A stretch of 64,000 nucleotides of DNA, from the NCBI GenBank assembly GCA_963707955.1, contig OY970176.1:256001-320000 (forward strand), given 5' to 3'. Below, one piece after another: positions 30,407 to 39,446 of this stretch. Each line of letters begins with the position of its first letter. Position 1 is the stretch's first letter. Origin of the DNA: Candidatus Bathyarchaeota archaeon (GTDB lineage Archaea; Thermoproteota; Bathyarchaeia; Bathyarchaeales; Bathycorpusculaceae). The position numbers and the translations under genes are program-made. The notes beneath the pieces are model-generated. The model worked only from the letters and a program-made list of their open reading frames with translations. It searched no databases and had not been told where the DNA came from.

Positions 30407-32255
30407 GCTGCTGCTCTCCTGCGATTAGCTTCTCAAGTTTGAGGCCGCAGTCTGAGCAGAGGAGTCCCCAGGATCCGTCGTGCTCTGTTACTTGCCACTC
30501 CATGTGAACCCTGCGACCGCAGGCCTGGCAGTTGTTCTCTCCAAAATCGCTCATCAGCCGTCCAAGCTTCTGCGTCTTAGAAGCTAGGTCCTGAAGTATT
30601 TGTGGAGAATGCAGATTTTGCACGCTTTTCTGATTATCTGTTTTTTCCTGCACGCTTTCAGCCGAGGGGCCTTCGTTTGGGCTTAGAACATTAACCGAGG
30701 AATCCTGATTTTCGTCTGAGAAGTGCCTAGTGTATATGGCTTCAGGCGTCGTCTCAGCATCATCGACCAAGTTTTCTCTGAGTAAAATTTTGTTTTCCTC
30801 GATTATCGATTGGGCCTCATTTAGCCAAGCTTTGAACGATTCGAGGCTGAAAAAAACAGATAAATCGTTTTGCGTGCATTCTCCGTTTTTTTCCTGAATC
30901 ACTTCAAGCAGGTTCTCCCGCTTGTCCGCTGGGTTAGGAATCTTCGACATGTAGCCGATCAAGCATAGAAAGTCAACCCAGTTGCGGATCGTGTCGCTGC
31001 TCTTGCGATCTGGAAACTTCGCGTTCCAAGAGTCAGTCAGGTCCTTGACAGTCAGCAGGGAATCCACCTTCTCCTTGGCCATTGGCTCAACGACTTCATG
31101 GAAGAATCGCAGGTGATGACTGGCAGCGCTTGTCTCCGTTGTCTCCCGGATCTCCTGCCAGAGGGCCAGGGTGTTATCATAATCTGTCTTCGTTGCCAGC
31201 ACATACGCGCGCTGCATGTCCTTCAGCTTCCTGACGAGAATGGGCCTCTGTGCAAGGTGAAACAACGCGCTAACCTGGATCAGGCCCAGCACGTGTTTGA
31301 AGTCTCTCATGGACCTTGGAAACCGTGCAGGAAACGTGTTCGCAAATGCTGCAGCATACGGAACGATGGCCTCGAGCTCCTGCACGTGAGCCTTGAAGTA
31401 TGCGATGTACGCCTCCAACAGAACGTCGTCCTGGTCCTTCTCAAACTTCCAGGGAAAAGCAGCCTTTGACCCCGTTAGTACGTTAGCATCTTTGAATTTG
31501 GCTTCCGTCGTCTCCGGCGTGAACGTGAAGCTCCTCGTAGCCAAGTCCTGGATGAACCTCTCGCTGGTACTGCAGAAAATCGTCGCAGGCCAACCTCGCA
31601 AAACAACATGCGTCGTCCGGAGGGCTCCCTTCTGACCTGTGTCCGTGAACTTGTAGCTGATCTCAAAAACGTCATGGCTTAGGACTGGCCGAAGCTTGTT
31701 GAATGTCTCGATGTTTGGCGCCTCGACGAACACGAGGATCCTGTCTTGGAGGTCGACGACGTAATGTGCGGTCTTGATTTTTTCCTTGAATTCCCGGTAC
31801 GCGTCTTTCTCTTCCTCTGTAGCGTCCTTGTCCGGCTTGGAAACGATTATGATAGGCTCGCCGTCCTCGTCGACGAGCAGGCCTCGATCGTGCACTAGGG
31901 CCGTAGGCGATAGGCCTCCCAAGAACCAGACGTCCTCTTTCGGAAAGTTTGTCAGGCTGTTGACGACAACGTATGTTTTTCCGATGCTGCTTTCACCTCG
32001 AAGAAAGAGGTTTAACGGCTCCTTCGTGTATGCGCTGAGGCCTGTTTTCAAGACCAGGTTGCTCGTCATCCTGTCGTGTTTCACTGTTCGCCCGATGTGC
32101 TGCATGAACTTGCTTTCCAGCTCTGGGTCAACGGCTAACACGTCGCCTGCTTTGAGTCCTCCGAGTTCCTTCAGTTTTTCAAGGTTGAAGAGAGAATCCG
32201 TCCGGCGCGCTAAGTCTTCCGGAACCGCAAAATCTTTATGCTGTTCGTGACTCAT
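30399..32255 (-). CDS. P-loop AAA+ replication ATPase/helicase (MCM-like) with C-terminal Zn finger
   Basis: GESSIGKT Walker A, ILVFVE Walker B-like, ATRS, PRSMRDF; CQAC..CSDC. Confidence 0.7.
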   Translation of the reverse strand: MSHEQHKDFAVPEDLARRTDSLFNLEKLKELGGLKAGDVLAVDPELESKFMQHIGRTVKHDRMTSNLVLKTGLSAYTKEPLNLFLRGESSIGKTYVVVNSLTNFPKEDVWFLGGLSPTALVHDRGLLVDEDGEPIIIVSKPDKDATEEEKDAYREFKEKIKTAHYVVDLQDRILVFVEAPNIETFNKLRPVLSHDVFEISYKFTDTGQKGALRTTHVVLRGWPATIFCSTSERFIQDLATRSFTFTPETTEAKFKDANVLTGSKAAFPWKFEKDQDDVLLEAYIAYFKAHVQELEAIVPYAAAFANTFPARFPRSMRDFKHVLGLIQVSALFHLAQRPILVRKLKDMQRAYVLATKTDYDNTLALWQEIRETTETSAASHHLRFFHEVVEPMAKEKVDSLLTVKDLTDSWNAKFPDRKSSDTIRNWVDFLCLIGYMSKIPNPADKRENLLEVIQEKNGECTQNDLSVFFSLESFKAWLNEAQSIIEENKILLRENLVDDAETTPEAIYTRHFSDENQDSSVNVLSPNEGPSAESVQEKTDNQKSVQNLHSPQILQDLASKTQKLGRLMSDFGENNCQACGRRVHMEWQVTEHDGSWGLLCSDCGLKLEKLIAGEQQHA

Positions 32256-32366
32256 GTTTGATTGCTCCTAGAGTTGTTCTGTGGGCGTGGGGGAGGCGAG
32301 GCTTCCAACGGAGAAGAAAACAAGTGAACTTCGCGCCTCCCAGGTTTCCACGCATTCCACGATGGT

Positions 32367-32717
32367 TCACTGCGCCTTTTTACGTCCGATTTTCGTTCCG
32401 TCAGTGAATTTCCACACGAAATAGGGCCCTACTCGCATTTTCCCCTTGTGCTCGGCGAGAATTCTCGTGAGCTCTTGGAACACGGGGTTTGTCGGGTCGT
32501 CAGCCTGCTCGTAGGGGCCCTTGGAGCCGTCGGCCGCCTGCCAGGGGATGCGTGACAGATCTAGTTCGCTCTTTCCTTTGGCTCCGGCAGCAGATCCTGC
32601 TGCAGGCTCTTTCTGCAATCCTTGAAGCTGGGCTACTTCATGCTTGACCTTGACAGCTGCTGCCTCGAGCGCGTCAGCCAGGTCGACGAGGATCTCGAGG
32701 GCTTTGTCGCTACTCAT
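32367..32717 (-). CDS. Hypothetical MGE protein
   Basis: ORF coupled to RHH gene; WQAADGSKGPYE. Confidence 0.7.
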   Translation of the reverse strand: MSSDKALEILVDLADALEAAAVKVKHEVAQLQGLQKEPAAGSAAGAKGKSELDLSRIPWQAADGSKGPYEQADDPTNPVFQELTRILAEHKGKMRVGPYFVWKFTDGTKIGRKKAQ

Positions 32718-32902
32718 GCCTTGGGGCCCTCCTGGAAGATTCTTTTGTATAAGTCAGGGGCGTCGCGTTGAATTTTCTCGCGGATAGCGTCGCGGATGAG
32801 ATCGCTCTCGTTCATGTGAGAGTCGAGCGCTACGAACTGTTCCATGAGCTTTTTCAGAGTGTGGGGAACGCGCGCGTTGATTCTAATTTCGTTTTCTGCC
32901 AT
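32714..32902 (-). CDS. Ribbon-helix-helix (CopG) regulator
   Basis: IRINARVPHTLKK..NESDLIRDAIREK. Confidence 0.85.
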   Translation of the reverse strand: MAENEIRINARVPHTLKKLMEQFVALDSHMNESDLIRDAIREKIQRDAPDLYKRIFQEGPKA

Positions 32903-32976
32903 ATGTATTTCCTTCGTACGACAAAGGTAAGTCATAAATACTTAAAACCTCTTAATTGAGGGTTAGGAGATTCTAC

Positions 32977-33603
32977 ATGGCAAAGCTCAAACTGTGGAAA
33001 ACGTTAGCAGAAGAAACGTTCAAGTGGATAGAAAATCAGAAAAAGTTGAAGAGGCCAGGAAGACGCGAAGAAGAAAGCGAAACAGAGGAGGGCAGGAGAA
33101 AGCAGCACTGGTACAAGATTCGAGAAACTGCTAAGGCAGAGATCCTCGATCTGAAGAGACTTGCTGACATTCTGCCTGAAGACCAGCTGCAGCAAATCTT
33201 CAATGAAAAAAACCTGTGCAGCCCAGACGAAAAAGGCAGACCAAGCCTCTTCCAGGTACTATTCAGCTTCTCCGAAGAGCATGGAGTACACGTTGGTACG
33301 TGGGTGGAAGACAAAGTAGTGAAAGGAGAGCAGAATAAGATTAGTTTGACGGCTGACGCCTTGAAGAGAAGGGTCCGGATCCTGGAACTATCACGCGCCA
33401 TCATAGAGATGCTCGACGGCGATATTCCTAATCTTTCTGGCCCGTTAGCACCAGCGTTTCACGACGTCACTCTCCGAGAAGGGGGAGCGCTACCACACCT
33501 ACGAGCAATTTACTATGCTTCACTCCGACAGGCTCAGGAAGAAGGCCTCGCTCAAGCAAGAAAGAGTTCCAAAGAGGCTCCGGCCTCCAGAGAACGTATC
33601 TAG
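32977..33603 (+). CDS. Hypothetical protein divergent from replication operon
   Basis: 209-aa ORF with AGGAG RBS. Confidence 0.7.
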   Translation: MAKLKLWKTLAEETFKWIENQKKLKRPGRREEESETEEGRRKQHWYKIRETAKAEILDLKRLADILPEDQLQQIFNEKNLCSPDEKGRPSLFQVLFSFSEEHGVHVGTWVEDKVVKGEQNKISLTADALKRRVRILELSRAIIEMLDGDIPNLSGPLAPAFHDVTLREGGALPHLRAIYYASLRQAQEEGLAQARKSSKEAPASRERI

Positions 33604-33910
33604 ACGTTCCCAGACCGTCTGCAGAGGCTTCCAGACCCTCTCCAGAGGGGGTTTCAACGCTTTTGGCAACATGAAAAAGGCGAATTTCAGAGCCCTCCGA
33701 TTCGAGGGATCCAGCCCTCGGAATAGGACCCAAAATCCTGAAAATTGACCCTTTCTGGTCAATCCGTGCACCTCTGAATCAGAGGTGGAAAGTTCAACAT
33801 TATGTCGCGCGACATAATGTTAGCTGGCTAAGCTGTCGATCGGGGGAGCCCCCTCGAAATCAGAGGTAGAGCATGCCGTAATCAGAGGGGGAACTTCGCG
33901 CTCGCGCTCT
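33587..33910. promoter_or_regulatory. Putative origin/recombination region: phased repeats and palindromes
   Basis: 21-bp tandem unit (33607-33648), CCTCTGAATCAGAGG palindrome (33771-33785), 26-bp palindrome (33796-33821). Confidence 0.6.
33796..33821. repeat. Perfect 26-bp palindrome AACATTATGTCGCGCGACATAATGTT
   Basis: Read directly from sequence. Confidence 0.95.
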
Positions 33911-34163
33911 TGAAACAGGGCTTCAATTCCAAAGCCTCGCGAAACAGTCGACACAGTAGTATCTGGTTCGCTGTGAGCCTTTCCCGTAATGTCCAAGATG
34001 GCGCCAAACCTGCTGTTTCATTTCCAGACTTCGTCCACATGACCGGCAGCTTGCGTCCTTTCGATGAAGAATGACAAGTGAGAAAGCGGGCAAGTCTAGG
34101 CCCTCAGACAGAAATAGAAGATAGTTCTATATGTCTTTTTCTGAACCTATAACAATCTTGCTT

Positions 34164-34394
34164 TCACTTCTGCAGCGTTCCGGTTCCTCTGCCGTCACTC
34201 AACACCTCTCCCTTCTCATAATCCGCTGCACAGGGGATGAAGACCTTGAAAACTTGACCTGCGCAAGCGGCGATATCAGAGGGGGAGAGAACGTTAACTG
34301 TCTCACCGCGCTGCCGGTCTGAAAAAGCACTTTCAAGGACCAGGCGTTTGATGAATCTCCTCTGTTGTGCTTCTTTGCTGTGTCGATTGACCAT
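34164..34394 (-). CDS. Hypothetical protein
   Basis: ORF in minus-strand operon; no motif. Confidence 0.35.
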   Translation of the reverse strand: MVNRHSKEAQQRRFIKRLVLESAFSDRQRGETVNVLSPSDIAACAGQVFKVFIPCAADYEKGEVLSDGRGTGTLQK

Positions 34395-34463
34395 TGAAGA
34401 AAAGCTTTCTGAGTTCTAGGAAGATAAGATTTGTCTACGAAGGCGTGTCAAAACGTGCCCATT

Positions 34464-34715
34464 CTAGAGATATCTTCTGCTCTTCAACTGGCTTCTAAGT
34501 TTTCCGTAGTCTTCAACGAACCTGCGCGCGCGGTCATAACGGTTTCGAAGCCTGAAGAGCATATTCCTGGCAGAGACGTATTCCATGTGTGTCTGCGATG
34601 CAGCATAACGGAGGGGACTAGTGTGCTTGTCCTTGATGGCTTGAAGCAGGACGTCGACTAACTGTTTCTCTCGCATGGTCAGTCCGACATGAGAACGCTC
34701 ACTCAAAATGTACAC
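34464..34715 (-). CDS. Small basic protein, possible HTH
   Basis: LTMREKQLV..LRYAASQTHM..SARNMLFRLR. Confidence 0.6.
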   Translation of the reverse strand: MYILSERSHVGLTMREKQLVDVLLQAIKDKHTSPLRYAASQTHMEYVSARNMLFRLRNRYDRARRFVEDYGKLRSQLKSRRYL

Positions 34716-34825
34716 CCCCTTTCTGCTCTCTAATTAAGGTGACAAGTACCTCGTTTGACGTTTGCATGTCACTCAAACAGAGAAACGTCCCCTCCTCTGA
34801 GTCGGGGTAGTAGGGGCAAACAGTC

Positions 34826-35599
34826 TCAGTTGATAGTAGCATGCTCTACCTCCATTTTGACTATTGGCTTGAAACGACAGCCGAGGGCGTACTCAGGGAC
34901 CGTCCCGGCGTACTTGCACACGTTGACGATGCTGCAGTCACTGCAAGGTCCAGAACATGCTTTTAATTTGCCCTCTGCTAAGGGCCCGTTCATGACTTCG
35001 TCGTATGCCGATTGAACGTCCTCGAAATAGACGAGCCTAGCCAGGTAGAACTGAGTGTACGCAAGGCTCTTATGGCGAAGGATCCTGCGGAGAACTTCAA
35101 GGCTTTTCCCGCTCTGATGCCACTCTGCAGCGAAGAAATGTCTCAAGATCCGAGGATTGAAATCGTCGACGCCAGCGTCTTTAGCTATCGTTCGCGCTCG
35201 GATCCAGACCGTCGCTGTGCGCAGGGGGTTTTCGCTGCGTATGTACTTCCAGCTTCTTTGCTGCCTGAAAACGTAACCCTCTGACCTTTTCCCAGCGAGG
35301 GCCCTGATGAACTCCAACGTCACCGGGTCCAACGGCAACGGATACAGCTTCTTCCGTTTGCTATCCAGAACCTGGAAGGTTCTGCTTTCAAAGTCAATGT
35401 TCTCTATTCTGAGGGTGCAGATCTCCCCGGTGCGAAGGCCTATCTTCATTGGCAATCGAATGAGCAGGTAATCCCTGGGTTCGCAGTTTGCCCGCGCGTA
35501 ATCGTGCACGCTGATGATGTCACTGCGTTTGATTATGAGAGTTTCCCGCGGCTCGCCTAGGGGCCCCTCTGAGTATTGCGGACTTGCATTCAAGGTCAT
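34826..35599 (-). CDS. Second tyrosine recombinase (catalytic domain) with Cys-rich tail
   Basis: GLRTGE, SKRK, PRILRHFFA, LRHKSLAYTQFY; CSGPCSDC..C..C. Confidence 0.9.
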   Translation of the reverse strand: MTLNASPQYSEGPLGEPRETLIIKRSDIISVHDYARANCEPRDYLLIRLPMKIGLRTGEICTLRIENIDFESRTFQVLDSKRKKLYPLPLDPVTLEFIRALAGKRSEGYVFRQQRSWKYIRSENPLRTATVWIRARTIAKDAGVDDFNPRILRHFFAAEWHQSGKSLEVLRRILRHKSLAYTQFYLARLVYFEDVQSAYDEVMNGPLAEGKLKACSGPCSDCSIVNVCKYAGTVPEYALGCRFKPIVKMEVEHATIN

Positions 35600-35850
35600 G
35601 TTTTCGGCGCCTCCGTTCTCGGCAGCTGCTCGAGCTCCGTCCTCGTCTGTCTGATCATCTCCTGGATTTCCTGCTCTAGCCCCTGGAGATGCTTGAGTTT
35701 TGTTTCCAGGGCCCTTCGCTGAGTCCTAAGCGTTCCAGCTCTGCCGAGGTAGACTTCAGACTTGTGGCCGCTGCCGTCGTAGGTCCAGAAGTACTTGTAC
35801 GTGTGGCCTTTAACCGTCTTGTCCAGGAAGCCGAAGGTAAACTGGGTCAC
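35596..35850 (-). CDS. Small DNA-binding protein, SSV1 D335-N/DUF6788-like, with coiled coil
   Basis: KTVKGHTYKYF...EVYLGR motif. Confidence 0.6.
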   Translation of the reverse strand: MTQFTFGFLDKTVKGHTYKYFWTYDGSGHKSEVYLGRAGTLRTQRRALETKLKHLQGLEQEIQEMIRQTRTELEQLPRTEAPKT

Positions 35851-36122
35851 TGCGTCACTTCTCCTCTGAGTGATGCCCGGAAGGCCCTCAGGTCCTCTCG
35901 TAGCTGCGCAGCCTCTGCGTCTTCGATCGTGATTTGACCTTTCAAGGTAAGCTTAGAGTTCATAACGCGCTGGGAACTTTGTCCTTTCACATGACCGCAC
36001 TTCGGGCACTTGAGGCCCTCCTCTGTCAGAGTCCACCTGTCCAGCTCTGAGGTGATTCTGCATGCCTCGCAGACCCTGCCGATGTACTTCGTCATGTTGA
36101 TTCTTCTCGTGTAAGTCCTCAT
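35847..36122 (-). CDS. Zn-finger protein
   Basis: CEAC...CPKCG. Confidence 0.7.
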   Translation of the reverse strand: MRTYTRRINMTKYIGRVCEACRITSELDRWTLTEEGLKCPKCGHVKGQSSQRVMNSKLTLKGQITIEDAEAAQLREDLRAFRASLRGEVTQ

Positions 36123-36270
36123 GAGTTATCCCCATTTAGGTATAATAGCTTAGCTGGATATAAAGGTTATCCCTGAATGTCGATAACCCTCTGACCATCA
36201 AACCGAGGAGCCTCCAACCCCCAGAATTCGTGTTTTCAGAGGAAAAGTAAGTACACATGTGCTCAGATCT

Positions 36271-36630
36271 CTAACTTCTGTAGGTTTCAATCGGAGGCGC
36301 CTCGCCAGTGCTGGTAGGGCCCCGGTTTGAATCAGGACCCCCCTCGGAAACTGGACTTTTCTGTCCGATTGTAAGCACTTCTCGTCTTCTGTTCTCCTGG
36401 TACTTTGACTTCTGTAGTGTGACCGTGCCCTTGCTCTTGGCCAGGTGCGCCTCGAGGAAGTCGCCTTCTTTCCAGCCGAGGGTGCAAAGCCATTTCTGGG
36501 GAAGAGTCACGGCCTCAGCGTTTCCGGACCTGCGGATCTTCACTGTCCGCCTCATGTCTATGTCTGCTAACAGTCGGTCCACGTTGGCGCCGTACTCTTT
36601 CTTGAAGAGTTTACTTAGCTCGCCCTTCAA
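36271..36630 (-). CDS. AbrB/MazE-type DNA-binding protein
   Basis: VKIRRSGNAEAVTLPQKW...GWKEGD; TTG start overlaps upstream stop. Confidence 0.8.
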   Translation of the reverse strand: MKGELSKLFKKEYGANVDRLLADIDMRRTVKIRRSGNAEAVTLPQKWLCTLGWKEGDFLEAHLAKSKGTVTLQKSKYQENRRREVLTIGQKSPVSEGGPDSNRGPTSTGEAPPIETYRS

Positions 36631-37028
36631 GTCTCCTGAGCCCCCTGCAGCTTCTTCGCTTCTTCCTCTGAGGTTTTCCTGAGTTTCCTCTGATCGACCT
36701 TGCTCAAAAGTGTCGCATTGATTACGTAGAGTTCTCCTTCGTTCCAGACCACTTGGTTCATCACCATATCTGTGTGCGTGACTTGGCATATCGCACGAGC
36801 CCGGAGGTATTTGCCAGTATCTACCGTACGAATCTGGCTGTACTTGCCTGACTTCTTAATATCAAACCAAAGCTTGTCGCCACGGCTGGCCCACATATTG
36901 AGTTTTTTCATGAGCTTAGAGATTTCCTCGTCTGAGCAGTGCTTCCCTATGGAGAACACGACGAAGCAACTTCTGGGAATCATCCCTTTTCTTGCCTTTA
37001 AGAACACCGGCTCCTGATTTGTTGACAA
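36627..37028 (-). CDS. Hypothetical protein, paralogous to C-terminus of 37031-37492
   Basis: IPRSCFVVF...GELYVINATLL vs IPRSAFILF...GEVILINETRL. Confidence 0.65.
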   Translation of the reverse strand: MSTNQEPVFLKARKGMIPRSCFVVFSIGKHCSDEEISKLMKKLNMWASRGDKLWFDIKKSGKYSQIRTVDTGKYLRARAICQVTHTDMVMNQVVWNEGELYVINATLLSKVDQRKLRKTSEEEAKKLQGAQET

Positions 37029-37030
37029 CT

Positions 37031-37492
37031 CTAGTGGGCCCCCTGCAGCTTCTCGACCTGCAGCCTGTCAAGCCTCGTCTCGTTGATCAGGATCACTTCC
37101 CCAGCTGAGCGCTCACCGGATGTCGACACGAAGATATCTTCGTGCTTGTGCGTCCATTCTTTGAGTTTGTCCCATTCGCCCGGAGGTAGAGTGAAGAGGA
37201 TGAAGGCGCTGCGAGGTATGTGGAACTCTCTATGTTCTACGAAGGGGTGCTTGGCCTTGGGGCCCGTCTTCTGGACAGCTGCGCGCATAAGATGGCTAAC
37301 TGCCTCTGATATCCCTCCTGGATAGTGCGGGTAGACAACGCGGTCCTGGAAGTCTTGAAGCAAGTCCTTTGAAACCGTGCAGCAGACCAGTGCCTCTCCT
37401 TTTAAACTGTTCTTCTCTGCTTCTTCAATGAGTCTGCGGGTTCCGGCTGCAACTTCATGTACGAGGTCGCTCTGACTTGTTTGTTTTTCCAA
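37031..37492 (-). CDS. Hypothetical protein with RHH-like segment
   Basis: VCCTVSKDLL..GISEAVSHLMR. Confidence 0.65.
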   Translation of the reverse strand: MEKQTSQSDLVHEVAAGTRRLIEEAEKNSLKGEALVCCTVSKDLLQDFQDRVVYPHYPGGISEAVSHLMRAAVQKTGPKAKHPFVEHREFHIPRSAFILFTLPPGEWDKLKEWTHKHEDIFVSTSGERSAGEVILINETRLDRLQVEKLQGAH

Positions 37493-37596
37493 CTCTTACA
37501 CGTCCCGCTTCTCATGTATCTGTGCAAATGCTATATAAGGCTTTACGAAGTATTACTAAGTTGCATAAAGTCTTAAAGAGTTATGGAGGTAGCAGA

Positions 37597-37773
37597 ATGG
37601 TGTTGGAAGTTTTGGAAATGGTGAGAGCCCGAGTTTTTGCCACGATCCGCGAGGACCTTCTCAGCTGGGTCGATGACCAGGTCAAGAGCGGGAGGTTCCG
37701 GAACCGGAGCCATGCGCTCGAGTATGGCTTGATCAAACTGCGAGAGTCAGATCAGAAACGCGGGGGGGAATAG
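37597..37773 (+). CDS. Ribbon-helix-helix regulator
   Basis: GGAGGT RBS; ATIREDLLSWVD..GRFRNRSHALE. Confidence 0.85.
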   Translation: MVLEVLEMVRARVFATIREDLLSWVDDQVKSGRFRNRSHALEYGLIKLRESDQKRGGE

Positions 37774-37778
37774 AAAGC

Positions 37779-38159
37779 ATGAGCAAGAACGAATTTACGA
37801 CAGTCTCAAAGTTGTGGGATCCACCTCGGCCGACGACGCTGCAACAGAGGTGGGAACGCTGGCTCAGGGACAACTCGTACGGCAACGGAAGCGAACATGC
37901 CAGAAGGTTCCCGGTTGATGGGACGGTCCGCTTCTTTTATGACCCGAATCCAGTGACTTTGAAGGTCGGCGACAACGTTGTCCTCGGCTTAGATGAGGCC
38001 GTGCAGCCTGTCCGACTCCTGGTTAATGCTACTTTCAACAAGGTCAGCGGCGACGGGGGCGTAAAAGTGACTGTTGAAAAGGCCACTTTGAAAGAGCTTG
38101 GGCTTGATGAAAAATCACTCAACATCCTCGTGCGACGGATTCTTGCAGGAGGTGACTAA
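37779..38159 (+). CDS. Hypothetical protein
   Basis: ORF in plus-strand operon. Confidence 0.65.
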   Translation: MSKNEFTTVSKLWDPPRPTTLQQRWERWLRDNSYGNGSEHARRFPVDGTVRFFYDPNPVTLKVGDNVVLGLDEAVQPVRLLVNATFNKVSGDGGVKVTVEKATLKELGLDEKSLNILVRRILAGGD

Positions 38160-38161
38160 GG

Positions 38162-38965
38162 ATGGTCAGTAAAGACTTTTCACTGAAGTTCGTAATCCCT
38201 TTCAACGCTGACAAGGTTGACTCACAGTTAGCCATCAGGGAGCGCCTTCTCAACATAGAAGGCGTCGCGATTGATACAAGCGTCAACGCGAACAAGTGGC
38301 AAATCCCGCCTGAGGACTTGGACTATTTCACGGCGACGTTGAAGGGGGCTCAGCTGCGCGTCGATCACGCTGAAAGCGCGCTTGCAGTCATCGGCATCGT
38401 GCCTGAAGCGAGGCGGGTTGGCAGCCAGGTTGTCTTTCGCGCAGAGATTGGCGACGCTGCATTAATAGAAAAAATCCTACGTGGCTACATCAGCAATGTG
38501 AGCGCACAAGTGGACTCTGATAACGTTGAATGCTCAAAGTGCTTGAAGCAAACGCGGAAAGAAGGCATGCTCATCCACCTCTGCCCGGGCGCTTGGGAAA
38601 TCGTCCATAAACCCAAAGTCAGAGAACTTAGTATCGTCGCCAGCCCGGCATATGAGAAGACGAAGTTCCTGCCAGTTGGCTTCGCGCAAGCTATGGATGC
38701 GTCGCAGTCGCAGAAGTTCAGTGCCGAAGTCGGCAATCCAATGCAGCCGTTGACGAAAGGGATTCTGGTTTTAAAGCTAAAACTGCTGACAAGGGAAGTG
38801 GAACGTCAAGACATAGCTGCAAGAATAGCTGCTATTGACTCTCAACTAGCTGAGTGGGATTTAGAGAGCACTGCTAAGCCACTGCATAAATATGAAGCTA
38901 AGAGACAGCAAAGACCTCAAACCTTCATGGACGAACTACACGCTGCAGTTAACACGCGACCGTAA
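38162..38965 (+). CDS. HK97-type prohead maturation protease with coiled-coil tail
   Basis: IEGVAI, LRVDH, IG.V, ISNVS, CSKC..H.C insert, RELSIVASPAY. Confidence 0.8.
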   Translation: MVSKDFSLKFVIPFNADKVDSQLAIRERLLNIEGVAIDTSVNANKWQIPPEDLDYFTATLKGAQLRVDHAESALAVIGIVPEARRVGSQVVFRAEIGDAALIEKILRGYISNVSAQVDSDNVECSKCLKQTRKEGMLIHLCPGAWEIVHKPKVRELSIVASPAYEKTKFLPVGFAQAMDASQSQKFSAEVGNPMQPLTKGILVLKLKLLTREVERQDIAARIAAIDSQLAEWDLESTAKPLHKYEAKRQQRPQTFMDELHAAVNTRP

Positions 38966-38992
38966 CTGACAGCATGCTTGGAGGTGAAAACT

Positions 38993-39118
38993 ATGTCAAA
39001 AAAGACTCATCGGTTTGATTGGGATGGTACGCCGAAAAAAGAGGAGCCGCTACAAGAATCCCTCGGTGGTCCCGGCGGCCCAGGCGTGTTCAACCGAAGC
39101 AAAAAGCGCAGGCAGTAG
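38993..39118 (+). CDS. 41-aa small basic protein
   Basis: GGAGGTGA RBS; MSKKTHRFDWDG...KKRRQ; absent from ORF track. Confidence 0.55.
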   Translation: MSKKTHRFDWDGTPKKEEPLQESLGGPGGPGVFNRSKKRRQ

Positions 39119-39128
39119 GTGAAGCTGG

Positions 39129-39437
39129 ATGTCAGAACAAAAGGTGTTCAACCCCAAAGAGTTCGCCAAGGAGAGCCAGGCACTGAAGGAGGTCTACGAT
39201 CCTGACATGGGCCTAATCAGGTATCGCCCTCTGCTCTTCAATGATTTGGCTGCACTTGAGAAGGCCGGAACAAAGGCAGAGAGAAGTCAGCTGGCACTTT
39301 TCACGATGCTGAAAGCTGGCTGTCTGGACTTGACTCTTGAGCAGGTGGGACAGTTTGAATTGAGGAAGGCTGCATTATTGCTCAAGCGCATAGCCGGAGA
39401 CCTGGTGCCCGCGCTGAGAGAATTCGGGTTGGAATAG
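39129..39437 (+). CDS. Putative tail assembly chaperone-like protein
   Basis: ~100 aa; IRYRPL..DL...LTLEQV..F pattern typical of siphovirus chaperones. Confidence 0.45.
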   Translation: MSEQKVFNPKEFAKESQALKEVYDPDMGLIRYRPLLFNDLAALEKAGTKAERSQLALFTMLKAGCLDLTLEQVGQFELRKAALLLKRIAGDLVPALREFGLE

Positions 39438-39446
39438 GCGAGAAAG

